The translations under genes and the position numbers were made by a program. A DNA stretch of 64,000 nucleotides, taken from the NCBI RefSeq assembly GCF_001194135.2, contig NC_068982.1, forward strand, positions 144,141,978 through 144,205,977, given 5' to 3'. The DNA is from Octopus bimaculoides. Taxonomy: Eukaryota. The notes beneath the pieces are model-generated. The model was not told the origin of the DNA, did no database searches, and was given only the letters and a program-made list of their open reading frames with translations. Positions within the stretch are counted from its first letter, which is position 1; each line of letters begins with the position of its first letter. Positions 12,582-22,980 of this stretch are shown here, one piece after another.

Positions 12582-12886
12582 GAGTGGCAAATACTGCTAT
12601 AAACCAACAATGAACCAAACTTGTTGTCCTTCGTATGCTGTTCGTTGTCATGCTATAAATTTCAAAATCAGTTCATCACAGAAAAAAGTCATAAAACGTG
12701 TAAATCGCTTTCTGATTAATGGTATTCGACCTCAGGCTGCTAAAAAGGAACAAGATGAGGAAGGAAATAGCTGCATGGAAAGTGATCCAGGTGGATCTTC
12801 GCAAGATTTGAAAGAAACCTGCTCCAGCAGTAAGCCTTCTGCTACTCCCAAAGATAGCCATCCTCCTAAGCAAATGCCCAAACCAG
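12582..12886 (+). CDS. ATE1: ATE1 coding exon 3
   Basis: tttttaaag| acceptor; SGKYCYKPTMNQTCCPSYAVRC...KKVIKRVNRFL followed by a variable linker; G|GTAAGT donor. Confidence 0.96.
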
Positions 12887-12965
12887 GTAAGTGTACTTGA
12901 AATAAATTTCTTGTTTCTGTTGTTCATATTAACCCACTTTTTTAAAATTGATGTATTTTATATAC

Positions 12966-13363
12966 TCTTTTACTTGTTTCAGTCATTTGACTGTGGCCAT
13001 GCTGGAGCACCGCCTTTAGTCGAGCAAATCGACCCTAGGACTTATTCTTTGTAAGCCTTGTACTTATTCTATCGGTCTCTTTTGCCGAACCGCTAAGTTA
13101 CGGGGACATAAACACACCAGCATTGGTTGTCAAGCGATGTTGGGGAGACAAACATATGCACACACATACATATATATATATATATACATACACATATATA
13201 AGACAGGCTTCTTTCAGTTTCCGTCTACCAAATCCACTCACAAGGCTTTGGTCGGCCCGAGGCTATAGTAGAAGACACTTGCCCAAGGTGCCACGCAGTG
13301 GGACTGAATCCAGAACCATGTGGTTGGTAAGCAAGCTACTTACCACACAGCCACTCCTACGCC
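12966..13363 (-). mobile_element. Family 1 CORE-like SINE, near full length and well preserved
   Basis: Minus strand has tggctgtgtggtaagtag (A box), ggattcagtccc (B-box-like), tggcaccttgggcaagtgtcttctac (CORE-like) and the gaaacaagtaaaagag tail. Confidence 0.85.
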
Positions 13364-13801
13364 TATATTGTAATTTTTGAACAATAATGTTGTTGATTAT
13401 AGGTTTCTAATGAACCAGTTATTGGTTTATTGATTTTCACATGGCAACAGTTACAGGGAGATGTTTAACTTGATACAGAATAAATATCTTCAGAGATATC
13501 TTTCAGAAGTCATTAGCTTTTCAGTTTTTTCACTGTTTATGGCATTTGTCAATATAAATTGACAAAAGATATGAAGGTGAAGCTTTTCTTTTGGAGAGAA
13601 TAGTGACTGGAAATGAGACCTGGATTTCATCTTACCTTTATTCAGTCAATACCACAGACCAAGCAAAAAGAAATATGCTCATACAAAAATACAGACCAAG
13701 ACTGAATAAACTTTAACAAAGTACATTCTCCAACAATGTAATAAAGTACATTCAATCACAAACTCATACTGCCACTTGACATGTTGAATTTATACAGTTA
13801 A

Positions 13802-15158
13802 CTAGCAGAAATACCCAGCTTTGCCCGGGTTAAAGAGAATAATGAAATCTAAAAACGCCGTCTAGACTACGCAACCCTCAACTGTTAGTAGCTACGATAC
13901 CATATTTCTACATTAATAACTCTCCAATCCATGCCAGCATGGAACATAGACATTAAGTGGAATGCCAGTCTCTCATCTAGGAGGGCCTTGAAATCAATGT
14001 TACCAACTGGGGACTATGTGTGTNNNNNNNNNNNNNNNNNNNNNNNNNNNNNNNNNNNNNNNNNNNNNNNNNNNNNNNNNNNNNNNNNNNNNNNNNNNNN
14101 NNNNNNNNNNNNNNNNNNNNNNNNNNNNNNNNNNNNNNNNNNNNNNNNNNNNNNNNNNNNNNNNNNNNNNNNNNNNNNNNNNNNNNNNNNNNNNNNNNNN
14201 NNNNNNNNNNNNNNNNNNNNNNNNNNNNNNNNNNNNNNNNNNNNNNNNNNNNNNNNNNNNNNNNNNNNNNNNNNNNNNNNNNNNNNNNNNNNNNNNNNNN
14301 NNNNNNNNNNNNNNNNNNNNNNNNNNNNNNNNNNNNNNNNNNNNNNNNNNNNNNNNNNNNNNNNNNNNNNNNNNNNNNNNNNNNNNNNNNNNNNNNNNNN
14401 NNNNNNNNNNNNNNNNNNNNNNNNNNNNNNNNNNNNNNNNNNNNNNNNNNNNNNNNNNNNNNNNNNNNNNNNNNNNNNNNNNNNNNNNNNNNNNNNNNNN
14501 NNNNNNNNNNNNNNNNNNNNNNNNNNNNNNNNNNNNNNNNNNNNNNNNNNNNNNNNNNNNNNNNNNNNNNNNNNNNNNNNNNNNNNNNNNNNNNNNNNNN
14601 NNNNNNNNNNNNNNNNNNNNNNNNNNNNNNNNNNNNNNNNNNNNNNNNNNNNNNNNNNNNNNNNNNNNNNNNNNNNNNNNNNNNNNNNNNNNNNNNNNNN
14701 NNNNNNNNNNNNNNNNNNNNNNNNNNNNNNNNNNNNNNNNNNNNNNNNNNNNNNNNNNNNNNNNNNNNNNNNNNNNNNNNNNNNNNNNNNNNNNNNNNNN
14801 NNNNNNNNNNNNNNNNNNNNNNNNNNNNNNNNNNNAGTATCTGTCATTACAGTATCGAAATGTGATTGTTTCAGTTAGAATAGTTTCATTTTTAAAGTGA
14901 AAGTATTTGACATGAGTGTTTTTGTTTCACTTTTGACACGTAATACTTAAATAGTGGAGGAGATATTATGTTGCTGTGGGCTCGAACTCTGCAAGAAGTT
15001 AAAATTTTTTTTGACTAAAACACAACTGGAACCCTAAGTAAGGCATCTGTAAAATTTGAATGAAATTGGTTGCGTAGTTCTCGAGTTTTAGGGATTCACA
15101 CAGACAGACAGACAGACAGACAGACAGGCACACATTCTCATTTTTATATATATATAGA
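13802..15158 (-). mobile_element. Non-autonomous Helitron (Lep1-like architecture) spanning an assembly gap
   Basis: Minus strand starts A|TCTATATATA at 15158, has a (TGTC)n microsatellite near the 5' end, and a 3' hairpin cccgggcaaagctggg 8 nt before CTAG|T at 13805-13802. The A|T insertion site is intact. Confidence 0.7.
14024..14835. other. Assembly gap (N run)
   Basis: Continuous N bases. Confidence 1.
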
Positions 15159-16151
15159 TAACCTCAATCTTGGACACAATTATGATCTTTTTTCTTCCCT
15201 ATATGACATTAACAACTTTAGTGGTTTAGTGGAGAAAATTTTATGCCAATGTACATAGATACAAATCATAACCATTCAGCCACTGGGCTACACAGAAACC
15301 ATTCCTGTCCACTCTACAGTTTGAGAGATTAAATTTAGAAAGACTTGATTGTTTGAGGCCGTCACTAGCCACCTTAACTGTGTTAGCTTTAATTTTCAGC
15401 ACAGAAAATATTGTCACATAATACATGGACATAGTGGTCAACTACAAAAATGTTTAAGTCTTATGTGATCATCCGCTACTACATTTTGAGAGATTAAATC
15501 CAGAGTGCCTTAATTGCTTGTGACTGTCACTAAGACATGTTCACTCAACCATGACAGTTTTAACTTACAATGCCCAACATATTGTTCCATGACAGTAAAT
15601 AGACATAACAAGGAAGTTCTAAAACTTTCTAAACATAACCTTGTAATCATTCTTGACCATTCAAATCGTATGGAAAACCAGTACGAATTTGAGTCATGTT
15701 CTCTCTATAAAAACAAAATAATTTTTTAACTCTTATCAGAAACAAGACAGTTGCAGCATAGCTCAACTTTTAATAATCAGTAGTCTCTATACAGCTTGAA
15801 TAGAAACTACCTATTCAGTTCAAAGGCTTCTTTTCAATAGAATTCCTGAAACTTGAATTCTTGAACCCCACCCCAAACCTATGTAGACAAAACATAAGTG
15901 CTCTAATGTAAAACTTCACTATGCACTAAAGCATAAGTACAAACTGTTAAACCTCAAATTTCTTTTCTCTTTAACTCGCAAAAAAACATTTTTAATATTT
16001 GATAAGATAGAGATATTGAAACGAGTTCTATTTTAAATCGCTCACTGTAATAAAAATATTAAACATTCTCTAAAATATACTTTTGTGCTTTTTCCAACTT
16101 TATTTACTTTTTTAACGTATATATATGTTGAATAAAATGAGACAACAAAGT

Positions 16152-16610
16152 ATCATCATCATCATCATCGTCGTTTAACATCCGCTTTCCATGCTAGCAT
16201 GGGTTGGACGATTTGACTGAGGACTGGTGAACCGGATGGCTACACCAGGCTCCAATCTGATCTGGCAGAGTTTCTACAGCTGGATGCCCTTCCTAACGCC
16301 AACCACTCTGAGAGTGTAGTGGGTGTTTTTACGTGCCACCGGCACGAAGGCCAGTCAGGCGGGTACTGGCAACGGCCACGCTCGAAATGGTGTATTTTAT
16401 GTGCCACCTGCACAAGGGCCAGTCCAGGGGCACTGGCAATGATCTCGCTCGGATGTNNNNNNNNNNGAGAGTGTAGTGGGTGTTTTTACGTGCCACCGGC
16501 ACGAAGGCCAGTCAGGCGGGTACTGGCAACGGCCACGCTCGAAATGGTGTATTACGTGTCACCTGCACAGGAGCCAGTCCATCGGCACTGGCAACGATCT
16601 TGCTCGATAT
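16152..16610 (-). mobile_element. RTE 3'-tail element with internal tandem subrepeats; 10-N gap at 16457-16466
   Basis: (CAT)n followed by the reverse complement of the RTE tail seen at 10474-10641. Confidence 0.8.
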
Positions 16611-16707
16611 ATATATATATATATATTACAGTTCTATATTTAAGAGATGAGGAATTATGTACATTATTTACATTCGACGGATATTTGTCCTCATCTTGTT
16701 TGTTGTT

Positions 16708-16753
16708 AACACAACGTTTCAGCTGATACACCCTCCAGCCTTCTTTAGGTGTC
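16708..16753 (-). ncRNA. Minimal type I hammerhead ribozyme motif, degenerate (core G to A change)
   Basis: gacac CTAAAGA a ggctg-gagggtgtat-cagct GAAAC GTT gtgtt. Confidence 0.55.
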
Positions 16754-16927
16754 TTGGGGAAATTTTGAACTTGAGTTCTCATTCCTATGGTATTAAGAGC
16801 GTGGGCTACTAACCCCAAGATTCCGAGTTCGATTCCAAGCAGTGACCTGAACACTAACAATAATAATAATAATAATAATATCGAAAAATACCTTAGGAAT
16901 GAGAACCCAGGTTCGAAATTTCCCCAA

Positions 16928-16973
16928 GACACCTGAAGAAAGCTGGAGGGTATATCAGCCAAAACGTTGTGTT
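16928..16973 (+). ncRNA. Minimal type I hammerhead ribozyme motif, degenerate (GAAA to AAAA)
   Basis: gacac CTGAAGA a agctg-gagggtatat-cagcc AAAAC GTT gtgtt. Confidence 0.5.
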
Positions 16974-17065
16974 AACAAAACAAAGTGAGGACAAATATCA
17001 GTCAAATGTAAATAAAGTATATACATATATATATTTATGTACACTCATTCACACATCTACACATA

Positions 17066-18222
17066 CAGAGTGCAGGCAGTATTCATTTGCATGATGACTG
17101 ACTCAGGAAAAAATGTGTTTTTATTTTCTTAGATATATTTGTCAAATTTGGGTCAGTTTGTCTTCATGACATGCTCTCACTCGAATCCATCTTTCACTTC
17201 AATGACAACCTCCAAGCAACCTCAGGACTGACCACATGCCTTCATCACTATCTCTTGTTTTAGGCCCTAGTAATCCTGGCCCCACACTTGTCCTTTGTGT
17301 TGCAGCTGGATTTGTTGGTCTCTCATTCCACTGCACCCCACACAAAAAAGTTGAGGGGATTGCAGTCAGGTGAGTTGGAAGGCCAAATATCAGGTGCTGT
17401 TTGATCGAATAAATTCTCTGACAGCCAGTACTAGGTCTTCTGGCTGGTATGGCAAGGTGCAGTCTTGCTGTCTCATGTATGTCCTCCTTGCAGCTTCCTG
17501 GTCAATCCAGGGTGTCACCACCTTGCTCAGAGCACAGATGTACCTGCCATTGTTCAGCTTGAGGCTCTGAGATATCAAGTGGCATAATGTTACCGTCATT
17601 GCTGATGACACCAAAGACCATGATTGTTGCTGGAAATTTCATTGCATGACTCTGGGCACATCCTTGAGTGAGACAGTGAGCCACCTGTTGTTCTGGGGAT
17701 TGATCTTCTGGTCTTGGTCAAAATTCTGCATATCTGGCTCCAGCAACTGTTTCAACTTGTTGATCAGCTTTTTGAAGTGCTTGAGTCACTTTTCTTGCAT
17801 TGCCTTGGACAGAAATTGCCCTTGCAATGGCATGTATTGACTTGATGGGATCATTGTTAATGATCTCCTAGATTTCTGCAACAAATTCTAGCGTTCTGGT
17901 GGTATCAGATTGTTGATCATGGGTTTTTCTCTCTACTGTCGCCTTGTAGTCAAATCCTGAATCTTCCAGCTCCTTTTTGACCTTTTCCACCATCCTCCTG
18001 CTGATGTTAAAGAAGTTTGAAATTTCCTTGTTTGTCCTTTGGGCGCAGATTCCAAGGAGGGCTCCATGCTGCTTCCATAAATTGGGTTGGGAGGTTTGAA
18101 ATTTTGCAAAAACATAAAGCAAAAATGCTTATTGTTTTTAAGAAAAAAACCGACAACAGAAGTAAAAAAAAAATGCATTAAGTTAGCAATTGAAAATTAC
18201 AAATGAATACCGTCCACACCCA

Positions 18223-18223
<1 letters not shown>
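17066..18223 (-). mobile_element. maT (DD37D, Bmmar1-like) Tc1/mariner-superfamily transposon with decayed transposase
   Basis: TA-flanked degenerate 26-bp TIRs (cagagtgcaggcagtattcatttg / ctgggtgtggacggtattcatttg). Minus-strand fragments include IMVFGVISNDG, RTYMRQQDC and WPSNSPDCNPLNFFVWG. The second-to-third catalytic position offset is 112 nt versus 114 expected for D37D. Confidence 0.8.
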
Positions 18224-18286
<63 letters not shown>

Positions 18287-18743
18287 ATATATTATTTGTT
18301 TATTTAGGCGCATGTAATTTTTTTTGTATATGTAAGGATCTTTTGAAAACAAAATACATTCGTATATGTTCCCCTACTGTAAAGTTTTTCACTAATATCT
18401 ATGCTTGTAAGGTTCATTTCTCTATTTGACTGGCTAAAAATTAGGTATCAAAACTATCATTTAAATCTTTGGATTTGCTGAGTCATCTCAGTCATTGAGA
18501 GGAATAGATGGAAGTTCAGAATGAAACTTGAGCTCTCATTTTTAACAAAAGCAGTTTTAGAAATGGCTATGTTGTTCATACAGAAATTCTATATCATTAT
18601 ATTGATATAGTAATCATTTGTGAAAGTTTATTTTGGGAGTTTGTTTCCTTCTTTATTATTCTTTAGCTTTTCTTTTTATTGCATACTGATATCTCAGAAT
18701 TTTTTGTAATTTCTCTTTCTTTTCTCTTTGATTTTTTTGCCAG

Positions 18744-18883
18744 GACTTGGTGCTAACCCTAACAAGCCTTTACTTAGGAAAGCTAAAGTAATTCGAATGG
18801 AAATAAAGAAGCAAAAACTTAGTCAACAAGAGAATAGTCAGTCCAAAGATACTCCAACATCAAATGAGAGCTGCAGGGGAAAA
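18744..18883 (+). CDS. ATE1: ATE1 coding exon 4
   Basis: tttttgccag| acceptor; (G)LGANPNKPLLRKAKVIRMEIKKQK... (G.DP.KP...KAK..R.E-type motif); AAA|GTAAGT donor, phase 0. Confidence 0.93.
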
Positions 18884-19754
18884 GTAAGTCACTTATATAT
18901 TTCGTGTCTGAATTTTACTTTTCAGATTTCAAATTTTATTATCTTGTAATTTTTTTGTACCAGTTTGTAAATTGCTGTATTTTGAACACAAAATCATAAT
19001 TTCAAATATTGCTATTGTCATTGTGTTGTGTCCTTTGGTACAGTACAATACATTATACTGATTGGTTGCAAAATAAATGCCACTTCTCACTTCTTCTTGT
19101 GGTTGTTATTTAATCTCAGGTCAGCATTAATTGAGCTGATCCATAATCCAAGTCATACTGATTGTGACCATCTTTTTTTTAAGCACTGTGCATTTGAGAT
19201 GACATTATCTGACAGAGTGGAATATCCTTTTTTAGATTTTAGAACTCAGAAGAGCAAAGGTTGCCACTTATAAATCTTTTTCAATACTTGCAACAAAATG
19301 TACTGCATTAGGAGCATCCAAGAGCTAAAAAAAGGTTTCCCTCATGAGCCTCTTGCTTGAGTACTTTATGATAGAAATAGCCTCCAGCTGCAAAAAATAC
19401 TTGCTTTAACAATTTGCAAATGTTGAAAATTTGTGAAAACCACCCCATTTGTCATGAAAAATAATAGAAAGAAAAAAAGAAGTTATGTTGCCAAGCTCAC
19501 AGTGGAAAGGGTAAAGCGGACATGTTTCACCTCTTGTCATTCTTCTTGTACCTGCAGGCAATGCATTTCCCTCAAACATTGATTCCTGAGCCATAGAAAT
19601 TGTTTGGAGTTGAGTGTTGCAACCATTTCTAGCTTCTTTCTGTGTATGATATAGTCAGTCATTGAGAGAATTTCAAACTTTCATCATTTTTAGATTGTCT
19701 CTTCCTCTTTAATGAGTGACTGTCTGTATGTCTGTATTATTACTGTTCTTTTAT

Positions 19755-19880
19755 ACTCTAGACCCAAGGCCTGAAATTTTGGGGGAGAGGGGCCAGTCGG
19801 TTAGATCAACTCCAGTACGCAACTGGTGCTTAATTTATCAACCCCGAAAGGATGAAAGGCAAAGTTGACCTTGACGGACT
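19755..19880 (-). mobile_element. Family 2 SINE fragment
   Basis: caaggcctgaaatttt...ccccgaaaggatgaaaggcaaagttgacct. Confidence 0.75.
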
Positions 19881-20555
19881 GTATCATTACTGTTGATGGC
19901 AGTATATGCTTTCTCTGTGTTTGCTTTCATTATGTTGACCAGATCAGTCTGGAAGGATCTGCAAAATGCCAAGGGCATTGCCATTATTTTTTGTAGCTGA
20001 TGGCCATGCTGGAGCACCAACTTTTAGTCAGTTATATCAACCCCAGAATTTAATTTGACACTTATTTTATTCTCTATTGATTGAATGGCTAAGTCTTCTT
20101 TGGTATAAAGGATGTCCCTCAGTACTAAAGTATTTACTTTTGAGTTGCATGCACACAAAATGGGTTTTTGTATAATTTCTTTCTAGAAAGTTTTGTTTGG
20201 AAGGCACTGGCTAACCTGAAACTTTCTCATGTTGCCATGAAGTATGATCAAACCTTTGCACTGTTGAAGTTAAATGATGACTGTTTGGACACATACTTAT
20301 ACAGGACAGTAGAGACTTTGACAACACCTCCCTAATGAATTATTACAAGCCAAATAAGGACTATAGGATTTTGCCATTGATCTTTCATATTGAACTCATT
20401 ATTATGATCATTGACCTAAAAACAAGTCAAGATAACCTCTGTGGTTGCTCAACTTGACTGAAATAGCAGCCTCAAATTTCCTTCAAATCGGATCCTACTA
20501 GCTTAAATAAGAACAGATGTCTAAGAAAAGAAAGCATGGAGCATTAACAGATGTT

Positions 20556-20950
20556 CATCATCTTCATCATCATCGTTTAACGTCCGCTTTCCATGCTAGC
20601 ATGGGTTGAACGATTTGACTGAGGACTGGCGAACCAGAAGGCTGCACCAGGCTCCAATCTGATCTGGCAGAGTTTCTACAGCTGGATGCCCTTCCTAACA
20701 CCAACCACTCCGAGAGTGTAGTGGGTGCTTTTACATGTCACTGGCACGAGGGCAAGTCGGGCGGTGCTGGCAACGACCATGCTCGAAATGGTGTTTTTTA
20801 CGTGCCACCTGCACAGGAGCCCGTCCAGCGGCACTGGCAACGACCTCGCTCGAATGTTTTTTCACGTGCCAGTAAGGTGACACTGGTAACGATCACGCTC
20901 AAATGGTGCTATTTATGTGCCACTGGCATCGAAGCCAGACAGCTGCTCTG
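20556..20950 (-). mobile_element. RTE 3'-tail element with tandem subrepeats
   Basis: Nearly identical to 16152-16610. Confidence 0.8.
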
Positions 20951-21453
20951 GCAGCATTTGAAACCTCTAATTGCTTAGAAAGTTTGAGAAAAAAGCAAGT
21001 TGGATGAATGGGTTCAATGATAGCCATGGTTGAGCAGACCCCCACGATCAAAGGCATTCCAGCTTTGATCATCACATTTGTTTGTAAGATCAGGGCATGA
21101 GTTGTGCTAGAATTGGCTGTTTCTTGCATATCTAGCAACTACATAAAGGCTCCTTTATCGGCTTCTGTTACTGGAGTGCCCTCATTTTCAGCTAGATTCA
21201 CTGAGATAATAAAAATTTATGTAGATCACATAGTGATGTTTGTGATGGGCTTTGAGCTGATAATTTTCTTACAAGAAATTTCCTGCACTAAACAGTAAGC
21301 TACCAAAAAGCTTCTTGTAGAAACTGAAAGATGAGTTGAACTGTTTTCTGTTTACACTTGCTTGATTGTGTCATTGAGTTTGGCTTGTCTTGTGATGAAA
21401 CCATTTCTGTTGCTTCTGTGTCTATGCAGCTTTGTTTCTATATTCTACTTCAG

Positions 21454-21543
21454 CTGCCACCTAAATATCAAAACCAACCTAAAACTCTTGAGGAACTTCT
21501 TGATGAACCTGCCCAACAACCAAATGTTGCTCACAAACTTGAG
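21454..21543 (+). CDS. ATE1: ATE1 coding exon 5
   Basis: ctacttcag| acceptor; LPPKYQNQPKTLEELLDEPAQQPNVAHKLE (KSLE...HKLE motif); GAG|GTAAAT donor. Confidence 0.95.
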
Positions 21544-22576
21544 GTAAATTATGATCAGACAATTTAAAAAATTTTATATGCACTTGAAGTAAAAATTCAT
21601 TTCTAGAGTAATCTTTTTTTTGCATTATTTTGTTGTTGATCCAACCATTATGTAACAAGTATTGATTTTAAAAATAACTTATTTGACTTTATATTCAATC
21701 TCACCATTTTGCTTAATCCTGGATGAATTTGAACTGAATTTATGTTTTCCTGCTGATATTTTCTGTTTTCCCTGTTTATGTAACTAGGGTGTTTGTTTTT
21801 AATCTATTAACTGCAAAATTAAATTTCTTGCTTATTTCTTTAATGATGTAAAATATCTATCAGAAAATAGAATTGGTATTTTCCACATGTCACATTGTCT
21901 CAATAAACTTGACATATTTCAATAAAAAGCAGTTTCAAACATGACATTCCTCAACAAAAGATAGATTGGTATATAAAACTGCTTTCTGTAGTTACGGGTT
22001 AATGGTTAAATTTCCTTTTCACTAATGACTACTCAATACTAAATTGGTAATAGCACCAAGTTCTATTTGGCCATTGAAGTTGTGTATTTTCTGATAAACT
22101 ACAGTGAAAGTGTCTGATCAAATAATCAATATGAAAATAAAATATCTCACTGTATGCAAAGTTATAGGTCCATGAGCAGCACATCCTGCATCTCCTTTAT
22201 TTTTTTAATACCTTCCCACCTGAAACCACCCCTGTTTCTATGTTACAATACCTCCTGTTATTTATAGTTAAGGTAACACTTCCCATGATTTTGTGTAAGA
22301 ACTTTTATGTTCTAAACACCAGTTTAAAAATGATGTAATTAGTTATTTTACTAAATCACACTAAATTCTTAATTATTTTCAAAACTGATTGAAAGTAATG
22401 ACATTGTACTTCATTAGAAATTTGGTCATCCAAGGGTTAAATGTTGTCGCTATCCTTTGTCTTGTGGACTGTGCCATTGTTTTCCTCCCTGAAGACAGAG
22501 TGACCACTGACTTACTTGTCACTTACAGTCCAACAACAGTTAATATTATATCTTCACACACACATTGTTCTTTCAG

Positions 22577-22744
22577 ATAAGGCTAATACGATCAAAACCT
22601 AAATGTTCAGCCTTCAACTCCACATTTAAAGAAAGCCATCAGGTGTACTATAATTACCAAACAAATGTGCATAATGATTCTCCTGAGAAACCCAATGTTA
22701 AGCAATTTACCTGCTTCCTTGTGGACTCTCCATTGATCCTTAAG
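22577..22744 (+). CDS. ATE1: ATE1 alternative exon 6A (168 nt, mutually exclusive candidate)
   Basis: ttctttcag| acceptor; IRLIRSKPKCSAFNSTFKESHQVYYNYQTNVHNDSPEKPNVKQFTCFLVDSPLILK; AAG|GTAATA donor; phase 0-0. Confidence 0.92.
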
Positions 22745-22812
22745 GTAATAACTGTTTTTACATTGTTTATTCTTTTTCATATGTTCCCACCTCCTTGGAT
22801 TGGCATGCATAG

Positions 22813-22980
22813 ATTAAGCTGGTTCTGACTAGTCCTGCCTCCACAGAGTTCAAGTATTCATATGAAGATTCTTACAATATATTCAAACAATACCAGATGA
22901 CCATTCATAAAGAAAAAGCGTCTTCATGTACAAAACGTGACTTTGGAGATTTCTTAGTGAATTCCCCATTTGAGGTAGCA
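22813..22980 (+). CDS. ATE1: ATE1 alternative exon 6B (168 nt; 162 nt if the upstream donor at 22975 is used)
   Basis: catag| acceptor; IKLVLTSPASTEFKYSYEDSYNIFKQYQMTIHKEKASSCTKRDFGDFLVNSPFEVA; GCA|GTAAGA donor. Aligns without gaps to exon 6A (14/56 identical). Not in the ORF track. Confidence 0.88.

Larger units (their letters stand above)
16627..17019. mobile_element. Head-to-head inverted dimer of a tRNA-headed, hammerhead-bearing retroelement (locus 1)
   Basis: Arms 16660-16794 and 16887-17019 are reverse complements. The spacer holds a tRNA-like head (ttaagagcgtgggctactaacccc...gagttcgattcc) and (AAT)n. Confidence 0.8.

Noticed and set aside
16307-16552. Exact duplication of about 85 bp on both sides of the 10-N gap
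   Set aside because: Most likely an unmerged contig overlap within a tandemly repetitive RTE 3' UTR.
16791-16850. Functional tRNA gene (also 28745-28810 and 42712-42785)
   Set aside because: The cloverleaf is incomplete with no acceptor-stem pairing, and the sequence is embedded in repeat bodies; these are SINE-type heads.
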